From positions 66,100 through 130,099 of the forward strand of contig CAIOPG010000007.1 of assembly GCA_903860135.1 (NCBI GenBank): 64,000 nucleotides of DNA. Direction: 5' to 3'. A model generated the notes under the pieces. The model saw only the letters and a program-made list of their open reading frames with translations. It ran no database searches and was not told where the DNA came from. The position numbers and the translations under genes were made by a program. This document shows, piece by piece, positions 40,845-50,576 of this stretch (its first letter is position 1; each line of letters begins with the position of its first letter). The DNA comes from Candidatus Omnitrophota bacterium (GTDB lineage: Bacteria; Omnitrophota; Gorgyraeia; Zapsychrales; Fredricksoniimonadaceae).

Positions 40845-41420
40845 TTATTCTTTGATATACGCCTTGATGATCTTTTGGTCGGCAACAGGTTTGTCGCCAG
40901 GCCCAACTTCTGTATTTTCGATCTTCTGGATAATATCATAACCGGCAACAACTTCGCCGAAAATGGTGTGCTTGTTGTTCAACCACGGCGTAGCCGTTGT
41001 TGTGATAAAAAACTGGCTACCATTGGTCCCAGGACCGCGATTGGCCATGGCGAGGATGCCCGGCTTGTTGAACGTGAGGCTGGGTGAAAATTCATCCGCG
41101 AATTCCTGACCCCAAAGGCTTTCACCGCCGCGGCCAGTCCCCGTCGGGTCGCCACCCTGGATCATGAATTGTTTGATGACGCGATGGAAGATAAGGCCGT
41201 CATAATAACCTTTGGCAATCAAGCCTTTGAAATTCTCGCAGGTTTTAGGTGCCGCAGACTCGAACAGCTTGATTTCCACGTTGCCCTGATTTGTTTCCAA
41301 AACGACCATTGAAGTTTTTTCTGCCATAGCGGTGTCCTCTTTCTGCGCCTGAACACTGCCCGTCATGGTCAGGGATAAAATCCCCATGGCCACAAAGAAA
41401 GTCCTAACGAACGTTGTCAT
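40845..41420 (-). CDS. Cyclophilin-type peptidyl-prolyl isomerase, exported
   Basis: Signal peptide; FHRVIKQFMIQGGDP, AMANRGPGTNGSQFFIT and HTIFG motifs. Confidence 0.95.
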   Translation of the reverse strand: MTTFVRTFFVAMGILSLTMTGSVQAQKEDTAMAEKTSMVVLETNQGNVEIKLFESAAPKTCENFKGLIAKGYYDGLIFHRVIKQFMIQGGDPTGTGRGGESLWGQEFADEFSPSLTFNKPGILAMANRGPGTNGSQFFITTTATPWLNNKHTIFGEVVAGYDIIQKIENTEVGPGDKPVADQKIIKAYIKE

Positions 41421-41520
41421 AGCTGCTCCTTTGTTGATTATTATGATTTAACCTGTTTTCAAAATCATGTGCGTCCATGGCACGTGTAGTTTTCTTTATC
41501 TCAAGCCGCATTCCTTATTA

Positions 41521-42225
41521 TCACATCAAACTGATAACTTCAAGTGGAAGCTTTTTCAATTCTTCGGTTCCAAGAATTTTAATGGCCCAGCGTAAAAGCT
41601 CGAATTTATTGCGCATTTTAGGATCAAGGGTATCTGCTGTTTTGAGTTTCTTGCGTGAAAGGAAAAATATCTTGCGAAGGGCGTTGAACACGATGCGCGC
41701 TTCGCGCGGTCGCGACATTTCGCTGGTGTTGATGCTCACAAGTGCCGCATAAGCCAGTTCATTGACATAAGCATCGTAATGATCCATTTTCCTGACCAAG
41801 ATCGGCACCATGGGTTCGTAATAACGGAAGCGGTCCATGATAACCAGCGTGTGCAGGATTTCTATCTGAAGTGGAACGATGAGAGACCGTTGAAGCTGTT
41901 GTAATAATACTTTCTCAATGATGACGCGTTCCCGCGAAACCATGGCAGGGGCAAATTTCTCCCGAAAGACTTTAACCGCTGCTGCTTTTTTGTAGGCATA
42001 AAGTCCCTCATCATTGATCATGGCCAGCAAAAGATCTTTGGGTGCCGGCAACAGTTTTGTTGTATAGCCTTGGATCAGGGCTTTATCCTCAAAAAAGTCT
42101 GCTGCATTGGAAGATGGATTGGATGGGGCAGAGGAATTTTCCGGTGAAGGCTCTTGCTGGCCAGAAACTGGTGCTAGTGGAAGCAACATAAGGAAAGAAA
42201 ATAATGCCGGGAATAATTTACGCAT
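41521..42225 (-). CDS. Hypothetical exported alpha-helical protein
   Basis: Signal-peptide-like MRKLFPALFSFLMLLPLAPVSG, Ser/Pro linker, helical body; overlaps the nadC stop. Confidence 0.65.
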   Translation of the reverse strand: MRKLFPALFSFLMLLPLAPVSGQQEPSPENSSAPSNPSSNAADFFEDKALIQGYTTKLLPAPKDLLLAMINDEGLYAYKKAAAVKVFREKFAPAMVSRERVIIEKVLLQQLQRSLIVPLQIEILHTLVIMDRFRYYEPMVPILVRKMDHYDAYVNELAYAALVSINTSEMSRPREARIVFNALRKIFFLSRKKLKTADTLDPKMRNKFELLRWAIKILGTEELKKLPLEVISLM

Positions 42226-43075
42226 CGGTAACCTCAAGGGACATATCAACCGCCATACGCGAGTGTGTTAATGAGCCAATCGAAATGCGGTCAACGCCTG
42301 TGGCGGCTATGGCGCGCACATTTTTGAGGGTGACGCCACCGGAAGCTTCAAGTAACGGCCTTTTACCTGGAGGGAATGATTTCTTTGTCAGCATGACGGC
42401 CGCTTTTAAATCCGCAATGGACATATTGTCCAAAAGGATCATTTCAGGGTGCGCCCCGAGGACTTCCTTGAGTTCCCACAGATGATCGACCTCAACCTGG
42501 ACTTTTTTGTGCGTCATGCGGTGCAGGCGGCGCACGGTTAATTCGAGTGACTCCTTGTTGCGGCAGACCACGCGATGGTTATCTTTCATTAAAACCATTT
42601 TGTTCAGATTGAAACGATGATTCACCCCGCCGCCACAACTGACGGCGTAACGTTCAAAGACGCGCAGGGTGGGCGTTGTTTTGCGTGTATCAAGTATTTT
42701 GACATCCAGGGGTTTTACGGCATCGCAAAAAAGACGTGTTTTGGTTGCGATAGCTGAAAGGTAGCTCAGGAAATTAAGCGCGGCGCGTTCACCGGTCAGG
42801 ATCGCCCGGGTATGCCCTTCGATCCGGATCACGACATCTTGGGCGCCCACACGATCACCGTCTTTATGTTCGCAGGTGACATGCAGGGCCGGATCAATCT
42901 GATGAAAGACTTCACACGCAAGAGCCCTGCCGCAGAATACAGCTGTGTCTTTGGCGATGATCACCGCATGGCTTTTGTGCTGACGCGGGATCAAGAGATT
43001 GGTCGTAATATCTCCGCGACCGAGATCTTCTTTGAGTGTGGACCGGACAATAGACCGGATATCAGTATGGTTCAT
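42218..43075 (-). CDS. nadC: Nicotinate-nucleotide diphosphorylase (quinolinate phosphoribosyltransferase)
   Basis: EDLG.GDITT, ERAALN, DTRKT, KDNH, LLDNM and EASGG motifs. Confidence 0.96.
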   Translation of the reverse strand: MNHTDIRSIVRSTLKEDLGRGDITTNLLIPRQHKSHAVIIAKDTAVFCGRALACEVFHQIDPALHVTCEHKDGDRVGAQDVVIRIEGHTRAILTGERAALNFLSYLSAIATKTRLFCDAVKPLDVKILDTRKTTPTLRVFERYAVSCGGGVNHRFNLNKMVLMKDNHRVVCRNKESLELTVRRLHRMTHKKVQVEVDHLWELKEVLGAHPEMILLDNMSIADLKAAVMLTKKSFPPGKRPLLEASGGVTLKNVRAIAATGVDRISIGSLTHSRMAVDMSLEVTDA

Positions 43076-43154
43076 AACGCAAAGATTATAGTATCGACGG
43101 AAGAAAGTTTCAATGCATATTTTGATGCCGTTGGCAGTTGAATTTTTCCGGCAC

Positions 43155-43182
43155 TTGATTTCTTCCTAATGGGTGTTATACT
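43155..43182 (+). promoter_or_regulatory. Sigma70-like promoter
   Basis: TTGATT-N16-TATACT with a TG extension, followed by a GGAGG RBS. Confidence 0.55.
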
Positions 43183-43208
43183 TCCATCAACGGTTTGGAG
43201 GAAAACCC

Positions 43209-43565
43209 ATGAAAGATGTTGTTTATCGCAAACGCGATCTGTTTAAGAATCGCGGACGGATAGTTTCTGTAATCGAAAATGTGGCGCAACACGATAGCAG
43301 TACGCGTGTTGTGAAGAATTTCGTTTATATGGTCAGTCGTGTGGATGCCGTGCCTAAAACGCTCCCGACGCCCAAGATCCGTATGTTGAAGGGGGTAGAT
43401 ACCCAAGCGCGCGAGGAGCGGTTTGTCTTCAAGGTCAAGGGTTCTGTCTATATTAAAGAGAAGCGGTTCATCTTTGAATTACGGTACTGCCATAGCTTGA
43501 ATGTGCTGATGCAGTGGAAGACGGTCGTTGTTCCTGCCGAGAAGTCCGTTGTTGCCGTCAACTGA
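43209..43565 (+). CDS. Hypothetical basic, beta-rich protein
   Basis: Strong RBS GGAGG and its own promoter; no family recognised. Confidence 0.65.
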   Translation: MKDVVYRKRDLFKNRGRIVSVIENVAQHDSSTRVVKNFVYMVSRVDAVPKTLPTPKIRMLKGVDTQAREERFVFKVKGSVYIKEKRFIFELRYCHSLNVLMQWKTVVVPAEKSVVAVN

Positions 43566-43703
43566 GCGGCACCCTTTTCGTTGTTAATATTTTTTACAAA
43601 AAAATCCCCTATTCTAAAAACTTTTTGCTAAACTATATAAATATTTTATAAACGCATGGGTATGTCGCCTGTGTGTCCAATCGTTTAAATGGAGGAAGGT
43701 CAC

Positions 43704-44204
43704 GTGGCTATTCGGTTCCTTATGATCGCGGTGTTCGCTTTGGTGCTTTCTGGTTGTGCAACGACAACAACGCCTAATCCTTTGCAAGGTCAGGTGACTG
43801 ACCTGACGCAGCGTGTGCAAGATCAGGAAAAACAGATCAGCGACCTGAAATATGAGATCAAAGAGCTTTCATCGAAGCCGGTTTCTGAGGCTGTCGATAC
43901 TGTTCCTTCTTACGTAACGCCGACGGCATTCAAGGCTGAACAGGTCAAGTCGGAAAACAAAAGTGCGAACATCATCCGAGTGAATGTGAGTGGTCGTGAA
44001 TTACAGAAGGCACTCAAGGCGGCGGGTGTTTATGAAGGCAAGATCGACGGAAAGATCGGTTCAAGGACAAGGGCTGCTGTCGTGGCGTTCCAGAAGGCGC
44101 ACAGCCTCAAGGCTGATGGGGTTGTGGGACAGAAGACGTGGAACGAGTTGAAGTCAGCGGCGGCTGAATCGGCATCTGCTGTGTCAGGGGATGTGGTCAA
44201 GTAA
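43704..44204 (+). CDS. Lipoprotein with coiled coil and peptidoglycan-binding domain (PG_binding_1)
   Basis: Lipobox LSGC; LQKAL...G.Y.GKIDG.IG..T.AAV.AFQ....L.ADG.VG.KTW. Confidence 0.9.
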   Translation: MAIRFLMIAVFALVLSGCATTTTPNPLQGQVTDLTQRVQDQEKQISDLKYEIKELSSKPVSEAVDTVPSYVTPTAFKAEQVKSENKSANIIRVNVSGRELQKALKAAGVYEGKIDGKIGSRTRAAVVAFQKAHSLKADGVVGQKTWNELKSAAAESASAVSGDVVK

Positions 44205-44228
44205 ATTTAAGGGGTTGAGATGATCCTG

Positions 44229-44261
44229 AAAGCCGCGGTGTTCATTCGCCGCGGCTTTTTT
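44229..44261 (+). terminator. Intrinsic terminator
   Basis: AAAGCCGCGG...CCGCGGCTTTTTT. Confidence 0.8.
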
Positions 44262-44275
44262 ATTCACGGAGTATT

Positions 44276-45199
44276 ATGGGCAGTAAGGTTCTCACCGTTA
44301 CGCTGAATCCGGCGATCGATCGTATCGTGCGCATTGAGAAAATGCTTGTTGGACGGGATCATTGTTCGACGGCGGCGATGGCTTTGGCCGGAGGCAAAGG
44401 GGTTAACGCGGCGCGTGCTTTGTGTGCCCTTGAGGTTCCTGTGCAAGCCACAGGGTTATGTGGCGGTGTGGCAGGGGATTTGCTAACAGCACTGTTAACA
44501 CAGGAAGGCTTGCCGCACGCTTTCGTCCGCATCGCCGGAGCAACCCGTATCAATACGACGATCATGGATCGTGCAGGAGCCGTGACGCGGGTCATTGAAA
44601 CAGGACCGAGGGTGACAGCGGGGGAACAGCGGACATTTATGGTGCAGTTATTGCAACAGGCTAAAGCGTGTGAGGCCGTTCTTTTCTGCGGAAGACTGCC
44701 GCCGGGGATAAGCGGGGCAGCGTTGGTGCGCATGATCGCGGCGGTGAAGCAGAAAGTGTCTTTGGTCGCTGTGGACACATCCGGGCTGGCACTTAAGGCG
44801 GTGTTAAAGGCCGGTGTGGACATCATCAAGCCCAACCGTGCCGAGGCGGAGGAAGTTCTCGGCTGGCACCTGACGTCGGAGTCCAGGGTTGCGCGGGCGC
44901 TCGATGCCTTTTTAAACCACGGGATAAAAAATGTTTTGATTTCGCTGGGGCAGGATGGGCTGGCGGCTTCCAACGGGCAGGAAATGCTCTGGGTGCGTGT
45001 GCCGCCGGTCAAGGGCGGGCATGCGGTGGGGTGTGGCGACGCGGCACTGGCGGGGTTTGTGGCCGGGCATTTGGCGGGGAAACCTTTTGCGGCTTGTGTT
45101 GACCAAGCAGCGGCATGCGGGACGGCCAACATGTTCGCGGTGATCCCCGGGGGGATCAGCAGGAATATCATCAGGAAACTGGGGCTAAAGAAATACTGA
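44276..45199 (+). CDS. 1-phosphofructokinase / PfkB family hexose kinase
   Basis: TVTLNPAID, GGKGVN, IKPN..E and VGCGDA motifs. Confidence 0.92.
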   Translation: MGSKVLTVTLNPAIDRIVRIEKMLVGRDHCSTAAMALAGGKGVNAARALCALEVPVQATGLCGGVAGDLLTALLTQEGLPHAFVRIAGATRINTTIMDRAGAVTRVIETGPRVTAGEQRTFMVQLLQQAKACEAVLFCGRLPPGISGAALVRMIAAVKQKVSLVAVDTSGLALKAVLKAGVDIIKPNRAEAEEVLGWHLTSESRVARALDAFLNHGIKNVLISLGQDGLAASNGQEMLWVRVPPVKGGHAVGCGDAALAGFVAGHLAGKPFAACVDQAAACGTANMFAVIPGGISRNIIRKLGLKKY

Positions 45200-45213
45200 T
45201 CAAAGGAGCAGTT

Positions 45214-45876
45214 ATGGCGCTGGAACATGAAGAACGCATCATCAAACTCAAACAGCTCGACAATTTGAACAGCCAGGAAATGCGTGCCCTTGTTCAGGAA
45301 GGTGCGAAGCATTTCAAGGAGTCCTGGGTCAAGCTGGCCCAGGCGCTTTACGGCGTGCACCGTGACAAGCTGTACGAATACTGGGGCTATGAGAAGTTCG
45401 AGCTTTATGTCGAGAAAGAGGTCGGGATCAAGAAGCCGATGGCGCTTAAACTGCTTAAGACGTATGCCTTTGTTGAGGAGCAGGAGCCGCAATGCCTGCG
45501 GGCTGAATTTTTTACGGAAAAAGACGCCGGCACCATCCCGGAGTTTGAGGCGGTGAATCTGTTACGCATGGCGCGTGCCAACAAAGACCTTACAAAAAAG
45601 GATTATCAGGAAGTCCGGCGGCAGGTGATCGATGATGGTCGCGACGCGTCGCTGGTGCGCAAAGACCTGACGGCCATGATCAAGGAACGCAAGCAGGTCG
45701 ATCCTGACGCGGAGCGCGAAGAACGCAATGCGGCGGCGGTACGCCGATTCCTGAACGCGATCCGTTCCTTCCGCAAGGATGCCGAGACGCTCAAGCTCCT
45801 CCCGGCAGCGATATTAAAGAAGGCCGAAGAATTATTCCAGGAACTTGAATCGGAAATTGATATTGAGAAAGGTTAA
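45214..45876 (+). CDS. Hypothetical helical, probably DNA-binding protein
   Basis: RBS AAGGAG; FK.SW..LA.AL..V....LY..WGY..FE.Y...E.GI motif. Confidence 0.7.
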   Translation: MALEHEERIIKLKQLDNLNSQEMRALVQEGAKHFKESWVKLAQALYGVHRDKLYEYWGYEKFELYVEKEVGIKKPMALKLLKTYAFVEEQEPQCLRAEFFTEKDAGTIPEFEAVNLLRMARANKDLTKKDYQEVRRQVIDDGRDASLVRKDLTAMIKERKQVDPDAEREERNAAAVRRFLNAIRSFRKDAETLKLLPAAILKKAEELFQELESEIDIEKG

Positions 45877-45877
45877 T

Positions 45878-46654
45878 ATGAAACTGGAGCGCACCCTTGT
45901 TGTCCTTGATCTTGAAACGACCGGAACCTGGGTCGAGAAGGACCGTATCATTGAGATTGCCCTTGTCCGGCGTTCGCCGTCGGGTGAAAAAGAGGTTTAT
46001 CATTCCCGCGTCAATCCGCTCATGCCCATTCCCTTGGCGGTGCAGAAATTGACCGGGATCACGGATGCGGATGTGGCGGCCGCGCCCGTCTTTAAGACCA
46101 TTGCCGCCGATGTCTTGGCTTTTCTGGCAGGGGCAGATCTGGCGGGGTTCAATGTGGATAAATTTGACCTCCCGCTCCTTGAGCGTGAAATGGCCGAGGC
46201 GGGGGTGCCCTTCAGCGCGTCAGGCCTCAAGGTTTTTGATGCCCAGAAGGTCTATCATTTGAACGAAAAACGCGATCTCACAGCAGCGTATGCGTTTTAT
46301 TGCGGCAAACCTTTACTGGGGGCGCACGGGGCGTTGGCGGACACGGAGGCGACATTGGAAGTGATCGAGTCCCAGGTTGAGCGTTACGGCGCCGGGGATA
46401 CGTCAATAGATGCTCTGGCACAGTTTCAGTATAGGGAACAGCCTGAGTTTTTTGACCCGGAAAGGCGCTTCCGTTGGTGGAACGGCGAGCTTTATATGAT
46501 GTTTGGCAAATATGCCCGCAAGGAAAGTCTGCGCGAGATCGTGGCCAAGGATCCCGGGTATCTCACCTGGATGATGGGTAAGGATTTTAGCGCGGATGTA
46601 AAGAAGCTCGTCGAGAATGCTCTTAAGGGACAGTTCCCTAAACAGGAACCATGA
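45878..46654 (+). CDS. DEDDh 3'-5' exonuclease (DnaQ-like)
   Basis: LDLETTG, GFN...FD and HGALAD motifs; C-terminal FGKY...DPGY motif. Confidence 0.92.
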   Translation: MKLERTLVVLDLETTGTWVEKDRIIEIALVRRSPSGEKEVYHSRVNPLMPIPLAVQKLTGITDADVAAAPVFKTIAADVLAFLAGADLAGFNVDKFDLPLLEREMAEAGVPFSASGLKVFDAQKVYHLNEKRDLTAAYAFYCGKPLLGAHGALADTEATLEVIESQVERYGAGDTSIDALAQFQYREQPEFFDPERRFRWWNGELYMMFGKYARKESLREIVAKDPGYLTWMMGKDFSADVKKLVENALKGQFPKQEP

Positions 46655-46709
46655 ATGACATGCGGGCGGTCCCGTATGCCCATCCCGAGCGACAGATAGA
46701 ACATTTCTA

Positions 46710-46738
46710 TTGAGCACTGAAGTTAAACAGGGTAGAAT
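46710..46738 (+). promoter_or_regulatory. Sigma70-like promoter
   Basis: TTGAGC-N17-TAGAAT. Confidence 0.5.
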
Positions 46739-46780
46739 ATTACCCTTCATTATTTTTTAGGTTATCAAGGAGGGGTTGTC

Positions 46781-47296
46781 ATGGCGGGAAAGAGTGGGTT
46801 ATGGATCACGGTGGTTGTTGTGGCACTGGGAGGAACTCTCTTGGTGCTTTCGCAAAACAGGGGAAAGGTGGTTGTTCCCGTTCAGGAAGAGGCGGTTGTT
46901 CCGGAGAAGGTCTCGGCAATTACCATTAAGGCGACGTCTATTCCCGTGGCAGATGTTCCTGCGCCCAAGGGGATCAAGCCTATCCATCTGCCTGAGACCG
47001 GTGTGAAGGCTTCGCCTCATGTGGCATCGTCGATCTTGGATGTGCCCAATGCGGTCAGGGCGCGCGATGCGTATGCTATTCAGGTTTTTTCTTTTAAGGA
47101 TAAAGCGCGGGCGGAAGCATCGCTGAAGAAGTTGAAGGACAAGGGTTATGCGGCTTATGTTCTGATGAGTGACCTAGGGTCACGCGGGATATTTTACCGT
47201 GTGCGCGTAGGTTCGTTTGCGACGGAAGAAGAGGCTAGGAATAATGTTAGTGCCGTAAGGCGTGACTTTGAGAGTGGTAATATTGTTGCTGAATAA
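46781..47296 (+). CDS. SPOR domain protein with N-terminal membrane anchor
   Basis: YAIQVFSF....A.....KL...G and YRVRVGSF....EA motifs. Confidence 0.9.
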   Translation: MAGKSGLWITVVVVALGGTLLVLSQNRGKVVVPVQEEAVVPEKVSAITIKATSIPVADVPAPKGIKPIHLPETGVKASPHVASSILDVPNAVRARDAYAIQVFSFKDKARAEASLKKLKDKGYAAYVLMSDLGSRGIFYRVRVGSFATEEEARNNVSAVRRDFESGNIVAE

Positions 47297-47308
47297 GACA
47301 GGAGCGTT

Positions 47309-47905
47309 ATGAAAAGAATAATTGTTGTTTTTGCGGGATTTTTCGCGCTGGCAATGTCCGGCTGTTCTACTCAAGTGATCCGCAAGGATGTTGCTGAAAT
47401 AACCGATCTTTCCGGTCACTGGAATGATACAGATGCGCGCCTTGTAGCTGAGGAGATGGTCAGGGATTGTGTGGCTGGACTGTGGGTTGGAAATTTCAAC
47501 AAAGAAAAAGGCCGTGATCCTGTTGTGATCGTCGGCACGGTGGTCAACCGCAGCCATGAACATATCAATGCTGACGTGTTTGTTCAGGACCTCGAGATGT
47601 CCCTGGTCAACGCCGGCAAGGTCAAGTTTGTGGCTTCGAAGACCGAGCGCGGCGAGCTCCGTGAGGAACGTGCGGATCAGCAGTTGAATGCGGCGGTTCC
47701 GACACGCGCGCAGATGATCAGTGAAACCGGGGCAGATTTTATGCTCCAGGGGACGATCAATTCTGTCAAGGATGAGACCAAGGGGCAGTATGCGATCATG
47801 TTCCAGTCAAATCTGGAGCTCATCAACTTGACGACGAACGAAAAGGTTTGGATTGGCCAGAAAAAGATCAAGAAGCTCGTAAAACGCTCTCAGTATTCCC
47901 TGTAG
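47309..47905 (+). CDS. LpoB-like penicillin-binding protein activator lipoprotein
   Basis: Lipobox MSGC; DLSG.WNDTD, N.S.EHI, GADFML.G.I and KVW.G.K.IKK motifs. Confidence 0.82.
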   Translation: MKRIIVVFAGFFALAMSGCSTQVIRKDVAEITDLSGHWNDTDARLVAEEMVRDCVAGLWVGNFNKEKGRDPVVIVGTVVNRSHEHINADVFVQDLEMSLVNAGKVKFVASKTERGELREERADQQLNAAVPTRAQMISETGADFMLQGTINSVKDETKGQYAIMFQSNLELINLTTNEKVWIGQKKIKKLVKRSQYSL

Positions 47906-47907
47906 TC

Positions 47908-49269
47908 ATGATACTGTCACGTGTGATTGCATTAAGGAACGCCCTTGGGCGTTCCTTTCTTATTGTTGTCGCCACCTTTCTTCTTTCTTCTTGTGCGGCG
48001 ACGGGGCGGCCACGGTTGCAGGTAGAGGTCGGCGGGCTTGTGGCTGCTGGCGACATTCAAGGGGCGGCCGGAAAGATCGCCGCGCCTGGGGCACGTTACG
48101 GGTCGGGCAATGATGTTCTTTATCAGCTTGACCGCGCCCTGATCCTGCAGATGGTCGGACGTTACAAGGAAAGTGCGGTTTCATTTGAAAAGGCCAAGGC
48201 ACGCACGGAAGAGCTTTATACCCGGTCTCTCCTGAATGAAGCATCGACTTGGTTGGTCAATGATGCCCGTGCGCCTTACAGACCACCGGCTTACGAGCGT
48301 GCGTTGATGAATGTTTTCCAGTCGTTTAATTATGTTGTGTCCGGTGATATATCCGAGGCGCTGGTCGAGGCACGCGACCTGGATGTGAAGTTTCCTGTTG
48401 ACGGAACCGGCGATATCAGGAAGTCGCGCGGCTTTGAGGACAACGGTTTTGCCCGTCTTGTTTCAGGAATGCTTTATGAGACCGCGGGAGAAGCCGCTAC
48501 GGGTGATGCCCTGATTTCTTATAAGCAGGCACTGGAGTTGTATGATGCCTACTATGCCGGGCAATATGTGCCGCGTATGCTTCAGGAAAGCTTGCTACGT
48601 CTGGCGGCGGCTACCGGGGATGATGACCTTTCCATTTATCGTTCGCGTTTTAGTGGATTGCGTACGGGAATACCCGTCGGTAAAGCTGTTGTTTACCTGA
48701 TCGAACCTGTAGGGTTTTCGCCTGTCAAGGAGTCCGGTTCATTGCCGATCCCGGTGCAGATGGACTTGATCGCCCAGGTATCATTTCCGTTCTTTGTAAA
48801 GCGCCAATACAATGTCCGTGCTTCGCGCTTTGTGTTTGAACGGAGTGATGGGGTTGCATGGCATATTCCTACGGAGATGGGAGTTGATATCGAGGATCTG
48901 GCCTTGAGGGACATGGAGTGGCGCAAGGCCGGTGTTATCGCCAAGGCTCTGGCGCGCCCGGCACTCAAGTATATGGTGGAAGCCAATCAAAAAGATGTGA
49001 TTGAAAAAAGAAGCGGCCCTTTGGCGGCGGGACTGTTTGGCATCCTGAGCAGTATCTACAACATTTACACCGAACAGGCCGATGTGCGTAGCTGGCAGTC
49101 CTTGCCCGGGCAGATCCGCGTGGCCCGCGCGCTCGTTGCGCCGGGATATTACCGCGTCAGGGTTGACGATCTTGACAGGTCCGGTGCGCTTGTTGGTTCC
49201 CTCGCGCAGGGCGAGCGCGAATTCATCGCCGGGAAAACATATTTTATTATAATGCGTTCGGCTCGCTGA
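47908..49269 (+). CDS. COG3014-like TPR lipoprotein
   Basis: Lipobox LSSC; Y....YE, ALVEAR and ADVRSWQSLP motifs; adjacent to the LpoB-like gene. Confidence 0.75.
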   Translation: MILSRVIALRNALGRSFLIVVATFLLSSCAATGRPRLQVEVGGLVAAGDIQGAAGKIAAPGARYGSGNDVLYQLDRALILQMVGRYKESAVSFEKAKARTEELYTRSLLNEASTWLVNDARAPYRPPAYERALMNVFQSFNYVVSGDISEALVEARDLDVKFPVDGTGDIRKSRGFEDNGFARLVSGMLYETAGEAATGDALISYKQALELYDAYYAGQYVPRMLQESLLRLAAATGDDDLSIYRSRFSGLRTGIPVGKAVVYLIEPVGFSPVKESGSLPIPVQMDLIAQVSFPFFVKRQYNVRASRFVFERSDGVAWHIPTEMGVDIEDLALRDMEWRKAGVIAKALARPALKYMVEANQKDVIEKRSGPLAAGLFGILSSIYNIYTEQADVRSWQSLPGQIRVARALVAPGYYRVRVDDLDRSGALVGSLAQGEREFIAGKTYFIIMRSAR

Positions 49270-49300
49270 TGCAGGGTGGATATTATGGGATAAATCTGCT

Positions 49301-49328
49301 TTGAGAAGCGGGTGCTATCCTTTATAAT
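49301..49328 (+). promoter_or_regulatory. Sigma70-like promoter
   Basis: TTGAGA-N16-TATAAT. Confidence 0.55.
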
Positions 49329-49368
49329 GACTTAAAATTCGGGATTAAATAATACAGGAGATGTTAAG

Positions 49369-49584
49369 ATGAAAAAAATTGCGGTTATCATGTTCATGGC
49401 GCTGGCACTGGCAGGTTGTACGGGTGCGCAAAAGGGCGCGGGTATTGGTGCTGTGGCTGGTGCGGCACTGGGTGGTATTATCGGTCATCAGAGCGGCCAC
49501 GGGGTCGAAGGGGCGTTGATCGGCGGCGCGGTAGGGGCAGCGGGCGGCGCGCTCACGGGCGATGCTATGGAAAACAAGCAATAA
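49369..49584 (+). CDS. Glycine-zipper small lipoprotein
   Basis: Lipobox LAGC; GAGIGAVAGAALGGIIG...GALIGGAVGAAGG. Confidence 0.88.
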   Translation: MKKIAVIMFMALALAGCTGAQKGAGIGAVAGAALGGIIGHQSGHGVEGALIGGAVGAAGGALTGDAMENKQ

Positions 49585-49596
49585 CGGTATAATTCA

Positions 49597-49989
49597 ATGC
49601 TCATGAAAATTATCATTGTGGATGATTCCCAGCTTGACCGCAAACTTCTCTCGCGGTCGCTGGTGAACTGCGGTGTCAAGAACGAGATCCTCCAAGCGGA
49701 GAATGCTGAGGCGGCGATGCCTCTTATTATCGCCAATCGGGGTTATATTGCGCTCATGTTCCTCGATTATCAGATGCCGCAGATGACCGGGGTGGAATTG
49801 ATGGAGGGTCTTGTCAAGGTGCCTTCGACAGCAGATATACCGATCATCATGGTGACAGCCTCTGCTTCCGAGGATAGCCGGACTGCGGCCTATAAAGTGA
49901 ATCCGAATCTTGTCGGGTATTTGATAAAGCCGTTTAAGCCTGATCAGCTCCTATCGCTGATTCGTCCATACGTGAAGATCAATGACTGA
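49597..49989 (+). CDS. Single-domain response regulator (CheY-like)
   Basis: IVDD, phosphoacceptor FLDYQMP, MVTA and IKPF. Confidence 0.92.
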   Translation: MLMKIIIVDDSQLDRKLLSRSLVNCGVKNEILQAENAEAAMPLIIANRGYIALMFLDYQMPQMTGVELMEGLVKVPSTADIPIIMVTASASEDSRTAAYKVNPNLVGYLIKPFKPDQLLSLIRPYVKIND

Positions 49990-50566
49990 ATCAAGGATAG
50001 ATCCTGTCGGTTTTTATGATCAGGCGCGGCTGCTGTGCACCGCTGTTCAAAAAATGATCCACCTTAAGGGCGGGTATGGGTTTGCCGCTGAGCCTGACAT
50101 CCTCGAGAAGAGGATCGTGCAGTTCAATCAGCGGATGCGTGTGGACGGACTTTCGAAGTTTGGTTCCCGCACGGTCTTTTCCGCTGTGAAGTTCTATGCG
50201 GGGGTCGATGAACTTGACCGTGATGCGCCGCTGGGTGTTATGATCATTTTTATTGAAATAGACCAGCTGTCGCGACTTTTCTGGAGTTTTGATTATCCGC
50301 GCCTTGATGAGGAGGATGACGCAGCGATCCTTGACGGCTGTGGTACGCTTGCCAACTTGATTGCGGGGTGTTTTGTTAAGGAAATTCGTGATGCGGGGTA
50401 TGTGCATTTGCAAATGTCTCATTTTGAAAATCATATCAATACGGCCATTAACGGGATCAACTTTATGCCAAACCAAGAAACAAAATACGAGATCCGTTTC
50501 AAGTTTCAGGGCAACCGCCGTATTACGGCAGAATTGAGCATGGGGCATATACCCAGGGCTGTTTGA
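49982..50566 (+). CDS. Hypothetical protein with a divergent CheX/CheC-like motif
   Basis: EEDDAAILDGCGTLANLIAG resembles CheX DAxGExxNxxxG; overlaps the upstream receiver gene. Confidence 0.55.
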   Translation: MTESRIDPVGFYDQARLLCTAVQKMIHLKGGYGFAAEPDILEKRIVQFNQRMRVDGLSKFGSRTVFSAVKFYAGVDELDRDAPLGVMIIFIEIDQLSRLFWSFDYPRLDEEDDAAILDGCGTLANLIAGCFVKEIRDAGYVHLQMSHFENHINTAINGINFMPNQETKYEIRFKFQGNRRITAELSMGHIPRAV

Positions 50567-50576
50567 GAAAAATACT

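Noticed and set aside
44359-45492. 377-aa minus-strand ORF
   Set aside because: It is antisense to the PfkB kinase and the next gene, with no motifs; typical of a GC-rich shadow frame.
49335-49343. AAATTCGGG as another copy of the cassette-boundary motif
   Set aside because: It is only a 9-bp match within an AT-rich promoter region, which is compatible with chance.
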